DNA of 64,000 nt, from the NCBI GenBank assembly GCA_035495795.1, contig DATJFF010000163.1, positions 43,114-107,113 of the forward strand, given 5' to 3'. This DNA is from Vicinamibacterales bacterium (GTDB taxonomy: Bacteria > Acidobacteriota > Vicinamibacteria > Vicinamibacterales > UBA2999). Below the pieces are notes generated by a model. That model made no database searches. It had not been told where the DNA came from and saw only the letters and a list, made by a program, of their open reading frames with translations. Positions within the stretch are counted from its first letter, which is position 1, and each line of letters starts with the position of its first letter. Of the stretch, positions 48,273 through 58,692 are shown piece by piece. The position numbers were made by a program, and so were the translations under genes.

Positions 48273-48632
48273 TCAGCGCTCGGGTGGCTGCGCGTCGAGG
48301 AACGCCTTCAGCGCAGCGTCTACCTCGCGGCGAGCGGCGGCCTCCTCACGCCGCAACGCGGCCGTCCTGATGTGATCCACCGCGCGTGATACCAGCTCAC
48401 CCACGGGGAGCGACACGCGCACGAACTCACCCCTCATGATCTCGGGCTGCACGAGCGTCAGCGGGCCAAGCTTTCGCGAGACTCGAGGAGGGTCGGTAGG
48501 GACCGGGGTGGTGCCGAAGACCGGCGCGGGCTGCTGCAGGGCAATGCTGATTCTTTCGAGGGACAATTCCTGGGCTCGCAGCACCATCGGCCACGAGCTC
48601 GTGACGACAATCGCGATGGCAAGCCGCCGCAT
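48273..48632 (-). CDS. hypothetical secreted protein
   Basis: Signal peptide MRRLAIAIVVTSSWPMVLRA|QELS. 119 aa. Confidence 0.5.
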   Translation of the reverse strand: MRRLAIAIVVTSSWPMVLRAQELSLERISIALQQPAPVFGTTPVPTDPPRVSRKLGPLTLVQPEIMRGEFVRVSLPVGELVSRAVDHIRTAALRREEAAARREVDAALKAFLDAQPPER

Positions 48633-48684
48633 CGCCGATAGGACGATTCAAACCCGCCTTTGGCCTGCCTTCCGCTACGAGCGG

Positions 48685-48915
48685 TTACCTTCGACCGGAC
48701 TTGGAACTGCTCCGCCGGTGAAGCCGAAACAGAATCAACAGGTGCTGTTCGTTGAGGATGTCGCGCTCACGACGGATCGCCGACTCCAGGGCTGGAAAGT
48801 CCTTCCGCTGAAGCGCTGCCATCCCCTCAGCGTGGGCTTCGTCGAAGCGCGCCTTCAACTCGCGAAACCCATCGTGCTCGCTATTGATAAGGGTCTGCCC
48901 GGGTGGCTTCGCCAT
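48685..48915 (-). CDS. hypothetical small helical protein
   Basis: 76 aa from the ATG at 48915. Lies in a locally lower-GC stretch with only moderate GC3. Confidence 0.35.
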   Translation of the reverse strand: MAKPPGQTLINSEHDGFRELKARFDEAHAEGMAALQRKDFPALESAIRRERDILNEQHLLILFRLHRRSSSKSGRR

Positions 48916-48969
48916 GGTCCATTCCCCACGATGACGGCGCACACTCCTCCGCTTCACGGCACCTGCGCT

Positions 48970-49146
48970 TCAGCTCGGCACCGACGGCCAGTGTTCCTCG
49001 CTGGACTGCTGCCAGGTGTGGCCATGGTTACAGCGATACGTCGTCGTGCGGGTCCCGGCCCCTAACCGCAATGCCACCGCCCGCCCTCGCCTTCGACAGG
49101 TGGGGCATGGCCTGTAACCGCTGAGCCGTTCCGGATATCGCATCAT
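48970..49146 (-). CDS. possible small zinc-ribbon protein
   Basis: 58 aa: MMRYPERLSGYRPCPTCRRRG...YRCNHGHTW (CPxC ... CxHxH). Low GC3, so coding status is uncertain. Confidence 0.3.
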   Translation of the reverse strand: MMRYPERLSGYRPCPTCRRRGRAVALRLGAGTRTTTYRCNHGHTWQQSSEEHWPSVPS

Positions 49147-49236
49147 CTCCGCCCTGCATGTCACGAAAGCAAAACGCTGGCCGTTACCGGCCGTATTCGA
49201 GCGCGGTTTCCGGCTCAGGCGTATAACTATCTGCCT

Positions 49237-49677
49237 ATGACGAGCTCCCTTGAGTCGCAACGCCGCCGATTTCTTCGTCACGGGTTCACGTTTCTCTTTC
49301 TCGCCGTGTGGCTCGGAATTGCCACGGCCACCCTGCCGCATCCCCGGGCATGGCTGGCAGCGCACCTCACCGCGTTCTTCACATGCCTGATTCTGGTAAC
49401 GATTGGGCTGGTCTGGCGGGAGTTGCGCCTCACCGAGCGCCAGCGTTCGATTGCGCAGGTCGCCGGCTTCATGTCGGCATATCTCGGCCTGGCGGGAAAC
49501 GTCTTCAGCGCGATCGTGGATCTGCCGGGGCCGGCATCGCATCCCGGTGTCACGCCGCCCATGCCCCAGGCTGCCGTCTTCTTCACGCTGCTGGCGGTCA
49601 TCCTCCCGGCGACACTGATTGCGTTCGGACTGGTGATGTATGGAATGCGGGGGGAGCCCACCTCGGCCGGGAGCTGA
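49237..49677 (+). CDS. hypothetical 4-TM membrane protein
   Basis: 146 aa with four clear hydrophobic helices. Confidence 0.55.
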   Translation: MTSSLESQRRRFLRHGFTFLFLAVWLGIATATLPHPRAWLAAHLTAFFTCLILVTIGLVWRELRLTERQRSIAQVAGFMSAYLGLAGNVFSAIVDLPGPASHPGVTPPMPQAAVFFTLLAVILPATLIAFGLVMYGMRGEPTSAGS

Positions 49678-49696
49678 TGAGGATCGGGCTCGCCGG

Positions 49697-51856
49697 TCAG
49701 TCGAACCCGAGGCGAAGCCCGCCGTTGAAGACTCGTCCATCGAGCGGCGCCCAGGCGTCCACGGTCCACCGGCCGTCCGCCCCGGGAGCGGGTCGTACTA
49801 ACGAATCCCACCGTGTCTGACGCGCGTCGGTGAGGTTCTCGGCGTTGATGAACAGTCGCACCGGCCCGAACTTGCGTTCAGCCAGGAAGCCGAACGAGAT
49901 GTAGCCGCGCGATTGTGAGCGGTACGGGTTCGCCTCGAGGCGCTGCGGGCCCGTGTAATAAGCCTCGAGCCCAACTCGGCCGGCATTCTCCGCTTCCCAC
50001 ATGCCGACGAGGCCGGCACTGTGCCGCGGCGTGAGTGGAGCATCCTGCCGTCCGCCGAAGCCGGTTTCGCGCGAGCGGACGTAGGCATAGGTGCCCGTTG
50101 CAGAGTACCGCCCCGCTCGCATGGTGGCGAGAACCTCGGCGCCGATGTTCGTCGACGGCTCGGGTCGCGTGAAGAGTGCGTACGCTTCCTCACGTTCGGT
50201 ACCAAGGGCGTCTCGCACGCGCGAAGCGAAGAAAGTCCCGGTCAACGACACACGGCCAATCCGGCGGGTCAGGTCTACGGAGGTGCTGGCGCCGCGCTCG
50301 GCTTCGAGGCTGCCGATCATCGTCAATCGCGAAAGGCCGGCGGCCTCGGTTTCCTCGGTCAGCGGCGTCGAGGCGAAGAACCCCTGGCCCGCCGACACCC
50401 GACTGGTCCACTCCCCGGCTCGAAAGAGCGCCGCCACCCGCGGACTGAAGAACGTACCGTACTCGTCGTGCACGTCGAGCCGCGCGCCAAGAGACACTGA
50501 CATCCACGGCCGCAGGTCGATATCGTCCTGCGCGAACACGCCGCCCGTGTTGTAGGTGTACGCGAACCGCGGCACATCACGGGGCTGGTAGTCGTCACGC
50601 TCGTACGCCAGGCCCGTCACCCATGTGTGCGCTCCCGCCGCTCCGCGCAGCGCCAGTTCCGAGAACAGCGTGTCGTGCGCGTCTCGCTCGCGCACGTTGC
50701 CGAAGCGATGGTCGTGACGCTGCCAGGCTGCGGCGCCGCGGGCGGTCAGTACGTACTGTTCGTGGATCAGCGTCTGGACCGTACCGCCCATGTCGTAGCG
50801 TCTCGTATCGAGCGACTCGATGTACGGCGCACCGGTGGCGGCGAGCACGCCATCGTCCATCGTGCCCCCATCGCGATTCTCGACGGTGGCTCCGGCGGTG
50901 AGGAACGCCGAACGACCATTGCCTCCGTCCCAGAAGACGCGCGGCCGCACCACGCCACGAACGTACGCGGCAAGGTCGGCCCACTGATCGTCATCGCGAT
51001 CAACCTGGGACTGTCGATGGCCGCCGCCGAGGAGTGACGCACTCCAACCCTGGCGAGCGGGGGACGCGAGGAAAACGACGCCGTCAGTCGCGCCGAGGCT
51101 CGACTGGTTGAAGAGGAACTCTTGCAGCGCCCTTGCGGCCGGTCGGCGCGACAGCAGGTTGACGACGCCGCCCATCGCTCCCGCGCCATACAGCGACGAC
51201 GCAACGCCTTTGATGACCTCGACCTGGCCGAGGTCCATCGGTGGAATCTGAAGAAGGCCAAGACCGCCCGCCTGTTGGCCGAACAACGGCAGCCCATCGC
51301 TGAAGAACCGCGTGTAGCGCCCCTTCATGCCCTGCACACGGACCGCCGCTGCACCGATCGACGGCGAAGTCGCCTGGACGCGCAGGCCGCCCATCTCGTT
51401 GAGCATCATGACGATGTCGCCGGGCGTCATGAGCATCTTTTCCTCGATCTCCTCGCGGCCCAGGACCTCGACCCGGGTGGGCTGCTCTTCCAGCCGCCGC
51501 CCGGTGCGGGTGGTGGCGACCACCACCACTTCTTCCTCCAGTTGCGGCGACGGGGCCAGCGTGATCACGACCCGCTGTTCCCGGCCAGCTTCGACAACGA
51601 CCTCGGTCGTTTCCTCCAGATACCCGGTCAAACGCGCCGAGATCCTCGTCGAGCCCTCTGGCAGCGACAGGGACACATGGCCAGCGTTATCAGTAACGCC
51701 GGAGGCCCGGCCGGCGACAACGATCGCGCCCGAGAGCAGGCCGTTCTCGCTGCGAACCTCGACGCTTACGATGCCAGTCCTTGCGTCTTGAGCGCCAGGC
51801 GTCGCCATCGCACACACGACTATCCACACCACCAACGCTCTGCGCACGCAGAACAT
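49697..51856 (-). CDS. TonB-dependent receptor with N-terminal carboxypeptidase-regulatory-like domain
   Basis: Signal peptide ...ATPGA|QDAR, a CarboxypepD_reg-like beta-sandwich, a plug ([23 protein letters not shown]), and a C-terminal beta-barrel ending ...GGLRLGFD. Confidence 0.9.
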   Translation of the reverse strand: MFCVRRALVVWIVVCAMATPGAQDARTGIVSVEVRSENGLLSGAIVVAGRASGVTDNAGHVSLSLPEGSTRISARLTGYLEETTEVVVEAGREQRVVITLAPSPQLEEEVVVVATTRTGRRLEEQPTRVEVLGREEIEEKMLMTPGDIVMMLNEMGGLRVQATSPSIGAAAVRVQGMKGRYTRFFSDGLPLFGQQAGGLGLLQIPPMDLGQVEVIKGVASSLYGAGAMGGVVNLLSRRPAARALQEFLFNQSSLGATDGVVFLASPARQGWSASLLGGGHRQSQVDRDDDQWADLAAYVRGVVRPRVFWDGGNGRSAFLTAGATVENRDGGTMDDGVLAATGAPYIESLDTRRYDMGGTVQTLIHEQYVLTARGAAAWQRHDHRFGNVRERDAHDTLFSELALRGAAGAHTWVTGLAYERDDYQPRDVPRFAYTYNTGGVFAQDDIDLRPWMSVSLGARLDVHDEYGTFFSPRVAALFRAGEWTSRVSAGQGFFASTPLTEETEAAGLSRLTMIGSLEAERGASTSVDLTRRIGRVSLTGTFFASRVRDALGTEREEAYALFTRPEPSTNIGAEVLATMRAGRYSATGTYAYVRSRETGFGGRQDAPLTPRHSAGLVGMWEAENAGRVGLEAYYTGPQRLEANPYRSQSRGYISFGFLAERKFGPVRLFINAENLTDARQTRWDSLVRPAPGADGRWTVDAWAPLDGRVFNGGLRLGFD

Positions 51857-51945
51857 TCTTCCTCATTACGGTTCGCCTGAAACCTGCACCAGGTGGCCGC
51901 ATCAAAGGTCGGTGTTCGGCACACTCGTCCAGAGCGGAGAATCTC

Positions 51946-53046
51946 ATGAAGGCTATCGCCGTTTTTCCCGGTACACCCAACAGCGCGCACCTGGCAGAAC
52001 TCGCCAAACCCTCGATCGCCGACGTTGCCAACGGCCGGGGCGTACTCGTCAAGGTCCTGCGCGTGGGAGTCGATGGCACGGACCGGGAGATCAATGCCGC
52101 TGAGTACGGCGCCGCACCCGACGGCTACAACTTTCTGGTCATCGGCCACGAGGGCTTCGGCCGGGTTGAGGCGGTCGGTCCGAACGTCTCGTTCATTCGT
52201 CCCGGCGACTTCGTGGTCGCGACGGTCAGGCGTCCCGGCTCGAGCATCTACGACGCCATCGGTTTGCAGGACATGACCACCGACAGCCAGTACTTCGAGC
52301 GCGGCATCAACCTCCGACACGGCTACCTGACCGAGTACTACGTCGAGGACGAGGAGTTCGTCGTCAAGGTGCCGCCCGGCATCCGCGATGTCGGCGTCTT
52401 GCTCGAACCGATGACGGTCGCGCAGAAAGGCATCGCCCAGGCGTACGAGATCCAGCGGCGGATGAAGGTCTGGCGACCGCGCACCGCCGCTGTGATGGGA
52501 TCAGGTACGTTGGGTTTGCTCGCGTCGCTCGTACTCAGGCTGCGCGGGCTTCAGGTCACCACCTTCGGGCGCACGATGCTTCCGTACGCCAATGCCACCC
52601 TGCTCGACCAGATTGGCGCGCGCTACGTCAGCACCGCCGAGCGGAGCATCACCGACACCGCCGGTGACGCCGGTTTCGACCTGATTTTCGAGGGCACGGG
52701 CTCCTCGGCGGTGGTTTTCGACAGCATGCAGGCGCTCGCGAAGAACGGCGTGCTGGTGCTGACCAGCATCACCGGTGGCCACCGGACGCTCGAGATACCG
52801 GCCGACCGGATCAACCTCGAGTTCGTGCTGGGCAACAAGGTGATGGTCGGCAGCGTCAACGCCAGCCGCGAGAACTTCGAGAGCGGCGTGCGCGACATGT
52901 CGCAGGCCGAGGCGGAGTACCCCGGCTGGCTGCGGCAGCTGCTCACGGATCCGGTCCGCGGATTGGAGAACTACGCCGAGCTCTTCGAGCGCCTGCAGAA
53001 CCCGAACGGGGCCATCAAGATCTTCTGCGAAGTTGCCGCCTCGTAA
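51946..53046 (+). CDS. zinc-dependent MDR-family dehydrogenase, glucose 1-dehydrogenase-like
   Basis: MKAIAVFPG...[13 protein letters not shown]...[13 protein letters not shown] zinc-ADH pattern. GSGTLGL Rossmann motif. Confidence 0.8.
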   Translation: MKAIAVFPGTPNSAHLAELAKPSIADVANGRGVLVKVLRVGVDGTDREINAAEYGAAPDGYNFLVIGHEGFGRVEAVGPNVSFIRPGDFVVATVRRPGSSIYDAIGLQDMTTDSQYFERGINLRHGYLTEYYVEDEEFVVKVPPGIRDVGVLLEPMTVAQKGIAQAYEIQRRMKVWRPRTAAVMGSGTLGLLASLVLRLRGLQVTTFGRTMLPYANATLLDQIGARYVSTAERSITDTAGDAGFDLIFEGTGSSAVVFDSMQALAKNGVLVLTSITGGHRTLEIPADRINLEFVLGNKVMVGSVNASRENFESGVRDMSQAEAEYPGWLRQLLTDPVRGLENYAELFERLQNPNGAIKIFCEVAAS

Positions 53047-53059
53047 GGATCTCGAGGAT

Positions 53060-54208
53060 ATGACGCGCCTGTTCGCTCCCCTCCAGCTCCGTGGGCACCT
53101 CGGCGAAGCGGCCCATAAAGTCACCTGGCTCGAGCTCTTCTTCGATCTGATCTTCGTGGCCGCCGTCGCGCAGGTGGCCGAGCCGCTCCACGACGACTAT
53201 TCCTTCGCCGGCGTCTTCCGATTTGCGACCCTGTTCGCCTTGATCTGGTGGGCCTGGACGGGATACACCGTTTTTGCCACACGTTTCCACGCCGATGACG
53301 GGATGCAGCGGCTGCTGATGCCGCTGCAGATGTTCGTCGTCGCGGCGATGGCAGCCAACGCCGAGGACCAGCTGCACAGCCGATCGTCGGCAGGGTTCAT
53401 GGCCGGATACGGAGTCCTGCGCCTGATTCTGATCGCCCAGTATCTCCGCGCCCGACACTTGCCCATCGCCCGCGATCTCACGTTGCGCTACGTTGCGGGT
53501 TACGGGACCGCTGCGGTCATCTGGCTGGTCTCCGCCTTGCTGGCGGCGCCGGCCCGCTATGCTCTCTGGGCGGGCGCGTTCGCGATCGATCTCGGCACCC
53601 CCTGGCTGACGCTGCCCCACGCCATCAGGTTGCCGCCCAACCCCTCGCACCTGCCCGAGCGCTTTGGTTTGTTCACCCTCATCTTGCTGGGCGAGTCGGT
53701 TGTCGCGGTGATGCGCGGGATGCGGAGTCAGCAGGACTGGACGCCGGTTGCCGCGCTCTCAGCATTCGGAGGCATGGCACTGCTGTTTGGCGTCTGGTGG
53801 TGGTATTTCGACGTCGCCGCCGCGGCCTCCGAACGGTCTGTCCGGACCCGACCCGATGCAATCCGGTTCAATCTCTGGAGCTACGCGCATTTCCCGCTCT
53901 ACGTCGGCCTCGTCGTCATGGCCGTCGGCGTGCAACGCAGCGTATCCGCGGCGCAGTGGGCCTTCTCTGGCGAGGATGCCTTACTGGTGACCGGAGGCGC
54001 GGCGGCAGTGGTGATTGCCATGACTGCCATTGGCGGAACGTGCGACCGAGGGCTGAGGCGCTCAGCCGGCTGGCTCGCCGGCGCGCTCCAGGCGCTTGCG
54101 CAGCAGCAGGTTCCGGTAGCCCCGCGGATGGTCGTCGACCGCGGCAATCACTTCGAATCCGTGCCGGGCGTAGAAGGCAGGCGCCTGGAAGCTGAAGGTC
54201 ATGAGTAG
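53060..54208 (+). CDS. low-temperature-requirement LtrA-family membrane protein
   Basis: VTWLELFFDLIFVAAVAQ signature, polytopic. The 3-prime 147 nt overlap the convergent GNAT gene, so the true end is uncertain. Confidence 0.7.
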   Translation: MTRLFAPLQLRGHLGEAAHKVTWLELFFDLIFVAAVAQVAEPLHDDYSFAGVFRFATLFALIWWAWTGYTVFATRFHADDGMQRLLMPLQMFVVAAMAANAEDQLHSRSSAGFMAGYGVLRLILIAQYLRARHLPIARDLTLRYVAGYGTAAVIWLVSALLAAPARYALWAGAFAIDLGTPWLTLPHAIRLPPNPSHLPERFGLFTLILLGESVVAVMRGMRSQQDWTPVAALSAFGGMALLFGVWWWYFDVAAAASERSVRTRPDAIRFNLWSYAHFPLYVGLVVMAVGVQRSVSAAQWAFSGEDALLVTGGAAAVVIAMTAIGGTCDRGLRRSAGWLAGALQALAQQQVPVAPRMVVDRGNHFESVPGVEGRRLEAEGHE

Positions 54209-54532
54209 GACGGACGTGCAGCCGCGCTGCCGGGCCTCCTGCTCTGCAGCCTCGAGCAGCGCGGTACCCAGTCCTTGCCGGCGCCGCGACTCCTCGACCC
54301 AGAACTGACGAATCTCGAGGCAGCCACCCCAGGTATTTCCTGAGAGACCGGCGGCGATTCGATCGCTCTCATCTCTCACGACAATCGACAGCCACTCACC
54401 ATCGGTGACTCCCGTCGCCGCCGAGTTGAACTCGTAGATCCGATCTTCGAGGTATTGCGCGACGCCGGGCGATGGCTCACTGCTGACACCGAGCTCGGGA
54501 CGCGGCAACCACTCGCGCGTGTCCATGTCCAT
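54062..54532 (-). CDS. GNAT-family N-acetyltransferase
   Basis: FWVEESRRRQGLGTALLEAAEQEARQRG acetyl-CoA-binding block. Confidence 0.8.
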   Translation of the reverse strand: MDMDTREWLPRPELGVSSEPSPGVAQYLEDRIYEFNSAATGVTDGEWLSIVVRDESDRIAAGLSGNTWGGCLEIRQFWVEESRRRQGLGTALLEAAEQEARQRGCTSVLLMTFSFQAPAFYARHGFEVIAAVDDHPRGYRNLLLRKRLERAGEPAG

Positions 54533-54625
54533 GGTTGGGGACTTCGATGCGGCGCGCCCACCGCGCGTTTCACGGAAACCCCGTGAGGGGTGCCTTCATC
54601 CAAGCGGGCACTTCAAGGAGGACCG

Positions 54626-54844
54626 ATGCCGATGACCGCAGAAGCCGAGACGACCGCACTGATGATGTGGCGCATCCGGGGCGAGTTCCTGGAGATGCCG
54701 GGGCTGCGTTTGACGAGCGAGCAGGCGGCCCGCCTGTGGCACGTAGACGTAGCGACCTGCACGATCGTGCTGAGCCGGCTGGTCTCGGATCGATTCCTGA
54801 GCCGGACCCGATCGGGCGCTTACGTCCGGGCCGACGCGGTGTGA
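54626..54844 (+). CDS. hypothetical small protein (possible winged-helix regulator)
   Basis: ATG at 54626 lies 5 nt after AGGAGG. 72 aa. The stop is 1 nt before the aquaporin start. Confidence 0.4.
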   Translation: MPMTAEAETTALMMWRIRGEFLEMPGLRLTSEQAARLWHVDVATCTIVLSRLVSDRFLSRTRSGAYVRADAV

Positions 54845-54845
54845 C

Positions 54846-55598
54846 ATGCACCCCCAACCGCGCCGGCCCGCTCGCCGTGCGTGGCACCCCGAATATCTGT
54901 TCGAGGCCACGCTCCTCGCCACCTTCATGGTGGCCGCGCTGGCCTTCACGATCCTTGTCGAGCATCCCGACTCGCCCGTGCGCCGGGCGATCGCACCCGG
55001 CATTCTCCGCCGTCTGCTGATCGGCCTCGGCATGGGTGCGACGGCGATCACGTTGATTTACTCGCCCTGGGGCCGGCGGTCCGGAGCGCACATGAACCCG
55101 GCCACGACCCTGACCTTCGCCCGGCTTGGGCTCGTCCCGCCCGGGACCGCGCTCGGCTATATCGCAGCGCAGTTCGCCGGAGGAACCGCGGGTGTCTGGC
55201 TCGGCCGGCAGTTGTTCGGACCCATCGTGGAGCACAACGCCGTCCGGTTCGCGGTGACCACGCCGACGGCCGGAGTGCTACTGGCCTTCGTTGCTGAACT
55301 GACGATGACGGCTCTTCTGATGACTCTCGTGCTCGTCGCGGCCCGAAATGCCATCTGGCGGCCGCGAACCGGCGTCATCGCCGCCGCCTGCGTGGCCACC
55401 TTCATCACCATCGAGGCGCCGGTCTCGGGAATGAGCCTGAACCCGGCACGGACGTTCGCGTCGGCCGTGTGGGCCCACGAGTTCACGGGCCTGTGGCTCT
55501 ACTTCTTCGCGCCGGCACTGGGGATGCTGCTCGGCGCCGAAATCGCGCGTCACCTGTATCCCGCCAGCAAGGACCCATCATGCAGCACTACGACGTAA
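54846..55598 (+). CDS. MIP-family channel (aquaporin/glycerol facilitator-like)
   Basis: Two NPA boxes: GAHMNPATTL and GMSLNPARTF. Confidence 0.9.
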   Translation: MHPQPRRPARRAWHPEYLFEATLLATFMVAALAFTILVEHPDSPVRRAIAPGILRRLLIGLGMGATAITLIYSPWGRRSGAHMNPATTLTFARLGLVPPGTALGYIAAQFAGGTAGVWLGRQLFGPIVEHNAVRFAVTTPTAGVLLAFVAELTMTALLMTLVLVAARNAIWRPRTGVIAAACVATFITIEAPVSGMSLNPARTFASAVWAHEFTGLWLYFFAPALGMLLGAEIARHLYPASKDPSCSTTT

Positions 55599-57148
55599 TC
55601 ATCATCGGCAGCGGTGCCGGCGGCGGCACGCTCGCCTACAGACTCGCCAGCTCGGGGCTCCAAGTCCTGATTCTCGAGCGTGGTGACTACGTGCCTCGGG
55701 AGAAAGCGAACTGGGACTCTCACGCAGTCAACGTCGAGGCACGCTACCACACGAAAGAAGCGTGGCGGGACCGCGACGGTGCGCCCCTTCACCCCCACAC
55801 CAACTACTACGTGGGCGGCAATACCAAGTTCTATGGGGCGGCCCTGTTCCGGCTGCGCGAAGAAGACTTCCGCGAACGGCCGCATCACGATGGCGTCTCA
55901 CCGGCCTGGCCGATCGATTACGCGGACCTCGAGCCGTACTACGCCGAAGCGGAGCGTATCTACCAGGTCCACGGTGAGCGCGGCGCAGATCCGACAGAGC
56001 CTTGGTCGTCGTCTCCGTATCCCTTCCCGGCCGTATCGCATGAGCCGCGCATTCAGCAGTTGCACGACGACCTCGCACGCACCGGCCTGCGTCCGTTCCA
56101 TGTCCCGTTGGGCGTTCGCCTCGACGAAGCGAATCCGCAGGCGAGCGCCTGCATCCGGTGCGGCACTTGCGACGGTTTCCCATGCCTGGTCCAAGCCAAG
56201 AGTGACGCGCAGGTGATGTGCGTCGATCCGGCGCTTCGTTACCCGAACGTGAGCCTCATGACCAACGCTCAGGCGCTCCGTCTCGAGACCAGTGCCTCGG
56301 GCCGCGAGGTGACCGGCGTCGTCGTGCGGCATCTTGGCACCGAGACAACGCTCCGCGCCGATGTGGTCGTCGTCAGCTGCGGCGCGATCAACTCGGCGGC
56401 CCTGCTCCTTCGCTCTGCCAACGATCGGCATCCACAGGGACTGGCGAACCGCTCCGGAGCGGTCGGCCGCCACTACATGGGCCACGTGAATTCGGTCGTC
56501 CTCGCCATCTCGACGACGCCGAATCCGACGGTGTTCCAGAAGACCCTGGCGGTCAACGACTTCTATTTCGGAGACGAGACGTTCCCCTACCCGATGGGCC
56601 ACATCTCATTCGTCGGGAAGCTGGATGCCGTGGCGCTCGGCGCCGGAGCCCCGCCGTTTGTGCCGGGGATGACCCTGGACCTGATTGCGAAGCACTCGCT
56701 GGACTTCTGGCTGACGTCAGAGGACCTGCCTGACCCTGAGAATCGGGTCACGCTCGATCGCGAAGGCAACATCGTGCTCTCGTACACACCGAACAACCTG
56801 GAGGCGCATGGCCGCCTCGTCAAGCGGCTGGAGTATCTCCTCGAGCACATCGGTGCCCGTCACATCATCCGCCGCAACCTGTTCGTCGGGCAGCGGATTC
56901 CGTTGGCGGGCGTAGCCCACCAGAACGGGACGATCAGGTTCGGGCGGGATCCTCAGGCCTCGGCGCTCGACGTCAACTGCCGTGCTCACGACATCGACAA
57001 CCTCTACGTGGTCGACGGCAGCTTCTTCCCGTCCAGCGCCGCGGTCAACCCGGCGTTGACCATCATGGCCAACGCCTTGCGGATCGGCGACCACCTTTTC
57101 GATCGCTTCGGTGCCCGGACCGGGGAGGTGGCTCGTGCGGCGCAGTAG
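55580..57148 (+). CDS. GMC-family FAD-dependent oxidoreductase
   Basis: MQHYDVIIIGSGAGGGTLAYRLA FAD fingerprint. C-terminal HQNGTIRFG...NLYVVDGSFFPSS GMC block. Confidence 0.9.
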   Translation: MQHYDVIIIGSGAGGGTLAYRLASSGLQVLILERGDYVPREKANWDSHAVNVEARYHTKEAWRDRDGAPLHPHTNYYVGGNTKFYGAALFRLREEDFRERPHHDGVSPAWPIDYADLEPYYAEAERIYQVHGERGADPTEPWSSSPYPFPAVSHEPRIQQLHDDLARTGLRPFHVPLGVRLDEANPQASACIRCGTCDGFPCLVQAKSDAQVMCVDPALRYPNVSLMTNAQALRLETSASGREVTGVVVRHLGTETTLRADVVVVSCGAINSAALLLRSANDRHPQGLANRSGAVGRHYMGHVNSVVLAISTTPNPTVFQKTLAVNDFYFGDETFPYPMGHISFVGKLDAVALGAGAPPFVPGMTLDLIAKHSLDFWLTSEDLPDPENRVTLDREGNIVLSYTPNNLEAHGRLVKRLEYLLEHIGARHIIRRNLFVGQRIPLAGVAHQNGTIRFGRDPQASALDVNCRAHDIDNLYVVDGSFFPSSAAVNPALTIMANALRIGDHLFDRFGARTGEVARAAQ

Positions 57149-58148
57149 CACTGGCGCCGCTGCGGCGCTGCTGGTGCTCTCGCTCGTCTCCCTTGACGGT
57201 TGGTCTCCGGACATCAACCCTCAAACGGCACGGGCGGTGGAATCAGTTGGGATGACGGTGTCGAACCTTGAACGGAGCGTCGCGTTCTTCCGCGACGTGC
57301 TCACCTTCGAGCTGATCGATCAGTTCGAGGACGCCGGACGCGACACCGAGCTCCTCACCGGCGTGTTCGGAGCTCGGACTCGCTCGGCGCGGATGCGCCT
57401 TGGCACGGAGCTGCTGGAACTGACGGAGTTCCTCGCGCCGCGCGGACGTCCCTACCCACCTGACACGCGCGGCAATGACCAGTGGTTCCAGCATGTCGCG
57501 GTCGTCGTCTCGGACATGGACGCGGCCTACCAGCGGCTCCGGGACCATGGAGTCTCGCATGCGTCGACAGCTCCACAACGGCTTCCAGATTGGAATCCCA
57601 ACGCCGGTGGAATCGAGGCGTTCTACTTCCGGGATCCGGACGGGCACTTTCTCGAAGTGCTGCACTTTCCGCCCGGCAAGGGCGACACCAGGTGGCACAG
57701 CGCAGGGCGGCTGTTCCTCGGCATCGACCACACCGCGATAGTGTCCACCGACACCGAACGATCGCTGCGTTTCTATCGCGACGGCCTGGGGCTGAGCGTC
57801 GCTGGCGGCGCCGAGAACTTCGGCATCGAGCAGGAACACCTGAACAACGTCTTCGGCGTGCGGCTGCGAATCACCACGCTGCGGACGCAAAGCGGGCCAG
57901 GCGTCGAGCTGCTCGAATACCTCGCGCCGCGAACCGGCCGGCCCACACCGATCGACGCCAGCGCCGCGGATCTGGCCCACTGGCAGACCACCGTGACCGT
58001 CCCGGCCGTGGCGCGCTTCATCCACGTGCTGTCCGGCGGATGGCTCGTCTCGCCATCGGTTGTCCAGGCGCCCAGCGACCGCGGGTTCGCCCGCGGCCTG
58101 CTCGTCCGCGACCCGGACGCGCATGGCGTTCGGCTCGTCGAACGCTGA
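57135..58148 (+). CDS. two-domain VOC (glyoxalase/bleomycin-resistance/dioxygenase) family protein
   Basis: Two repeats of VOC modules (VGMTVSNLERSVAFFRDVLTFE and IDHTAIVSTDTERSLRFYRDGLGL). GTG at 57135 overlaps the GMC gene end. Confidence 0.75.
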   Translation: MRRSSTGAAAALLVLSLVSLDGWSPDINPQTARAVESVGMTVSNLERSVAFFRDVLTFELIDQFEDAGRDTELLTGVFGARTRSARMRLGTELLELTEFLAPRGRPYPPDTRGNDQWFQHVAVVVSDMDAAYQRLRDHGVSHASTAPQRLPDWNPNAGGIEAFYFRDPDGHFLEVLHFPPGKGDTRWHSAGRLFLGIDHTAIVSTDTERSLRFYRDGLGLSVAGGAENFGIEQEHLNNVFGVRLRITTLRTQSGPGVELLEYLAPRTGRPTPIDASAADLAHWQTTVTVPAVARFIHVLSGGWLVSPSVVQAPSDRGFARGLLVRDPDAHGVRLVER

Positions 58149-58226
58149 AACGTTTGGGCCCGCGATCCATCCAAGCAACGTCGTTCGTTTTCGTTCATTC
58201 GTCACGGATAAAGGAGCACACAGATC

Positions 58227-58631
58227 ATGACTCTCGTTTCCTCTCTCACCCGCGCCGCGTTGGCGCTCGCCGCCGTGGTCGTTCTCTCGGCCAGCGCCCT
58301 CGCGCAGAACGCGCACATGACCGGCACGTTCAGCGGCGCCAAGGTCAACGCCGGCACCGTCACCCACTCGATGCAGGGCGGCAAGCACGTGCTGACGCTG
58401 TCCGCCGACTTCAAGGTGCCCGACACGCCCGACCCGCACTGGCAGGTCGTTGACTCGAAGGGCACCGTCTATCTGCTGCAGCGGCTCGGGGTCAAGGACA
58501 ACAAGGTGAACACCTCGATCACGCTGCCCGCCTACATCAAGGACGTCGCCAGGGTGCAGATCTACTGCGCCTGGGCCGAGGCCGTCCTCGGCGAGGCGTC
58601 CTTCTCCTCTACGCTCAGCCTCACCGAATAA
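58227..58631 (+). CDS. secreted DM13-like domain protein
   Basis: Signal peptide ...SASALA|QNAH. GTFSGA...HSMQGGKHVLTLSADFKVPDTPDPHW pattern resembles DM13. Confidence 0.45.
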   Translation: MTLVSSLTRAALALAAVVVLSASALAQNAHMTGTFSGAKVNAGTVTHSMQGGKHVLTLSADFKVPDTPDPHWQVVDSKGTVYLLQRLGVKDNKVNTSITLPAYIKDVARVQIYCAWAEAVLGEASFSSTLSLTE

Positions 58632-58692
58632 CCCCGCACATCGGCCGCTGGCCGCGCGTATGTCGCGGCCAGCCGGCCCGAGGGCTTTCATC

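Noticed and set aside
54062-54208. The 147-nt convergent overlap of the LtrA-family gene with the GNAT gene (also 41 nt for RND/folK and 19 nt for aquaporin/GMC), considered as a possible frameshift or pseudogene signal.
   Set aside because: Both partners retain intact conserved motifs and no internal stops. The overlaps are most simply explained by stop-codon scarcity in GC-rich DNA, although the true LtrA C-terminus is uncertain.
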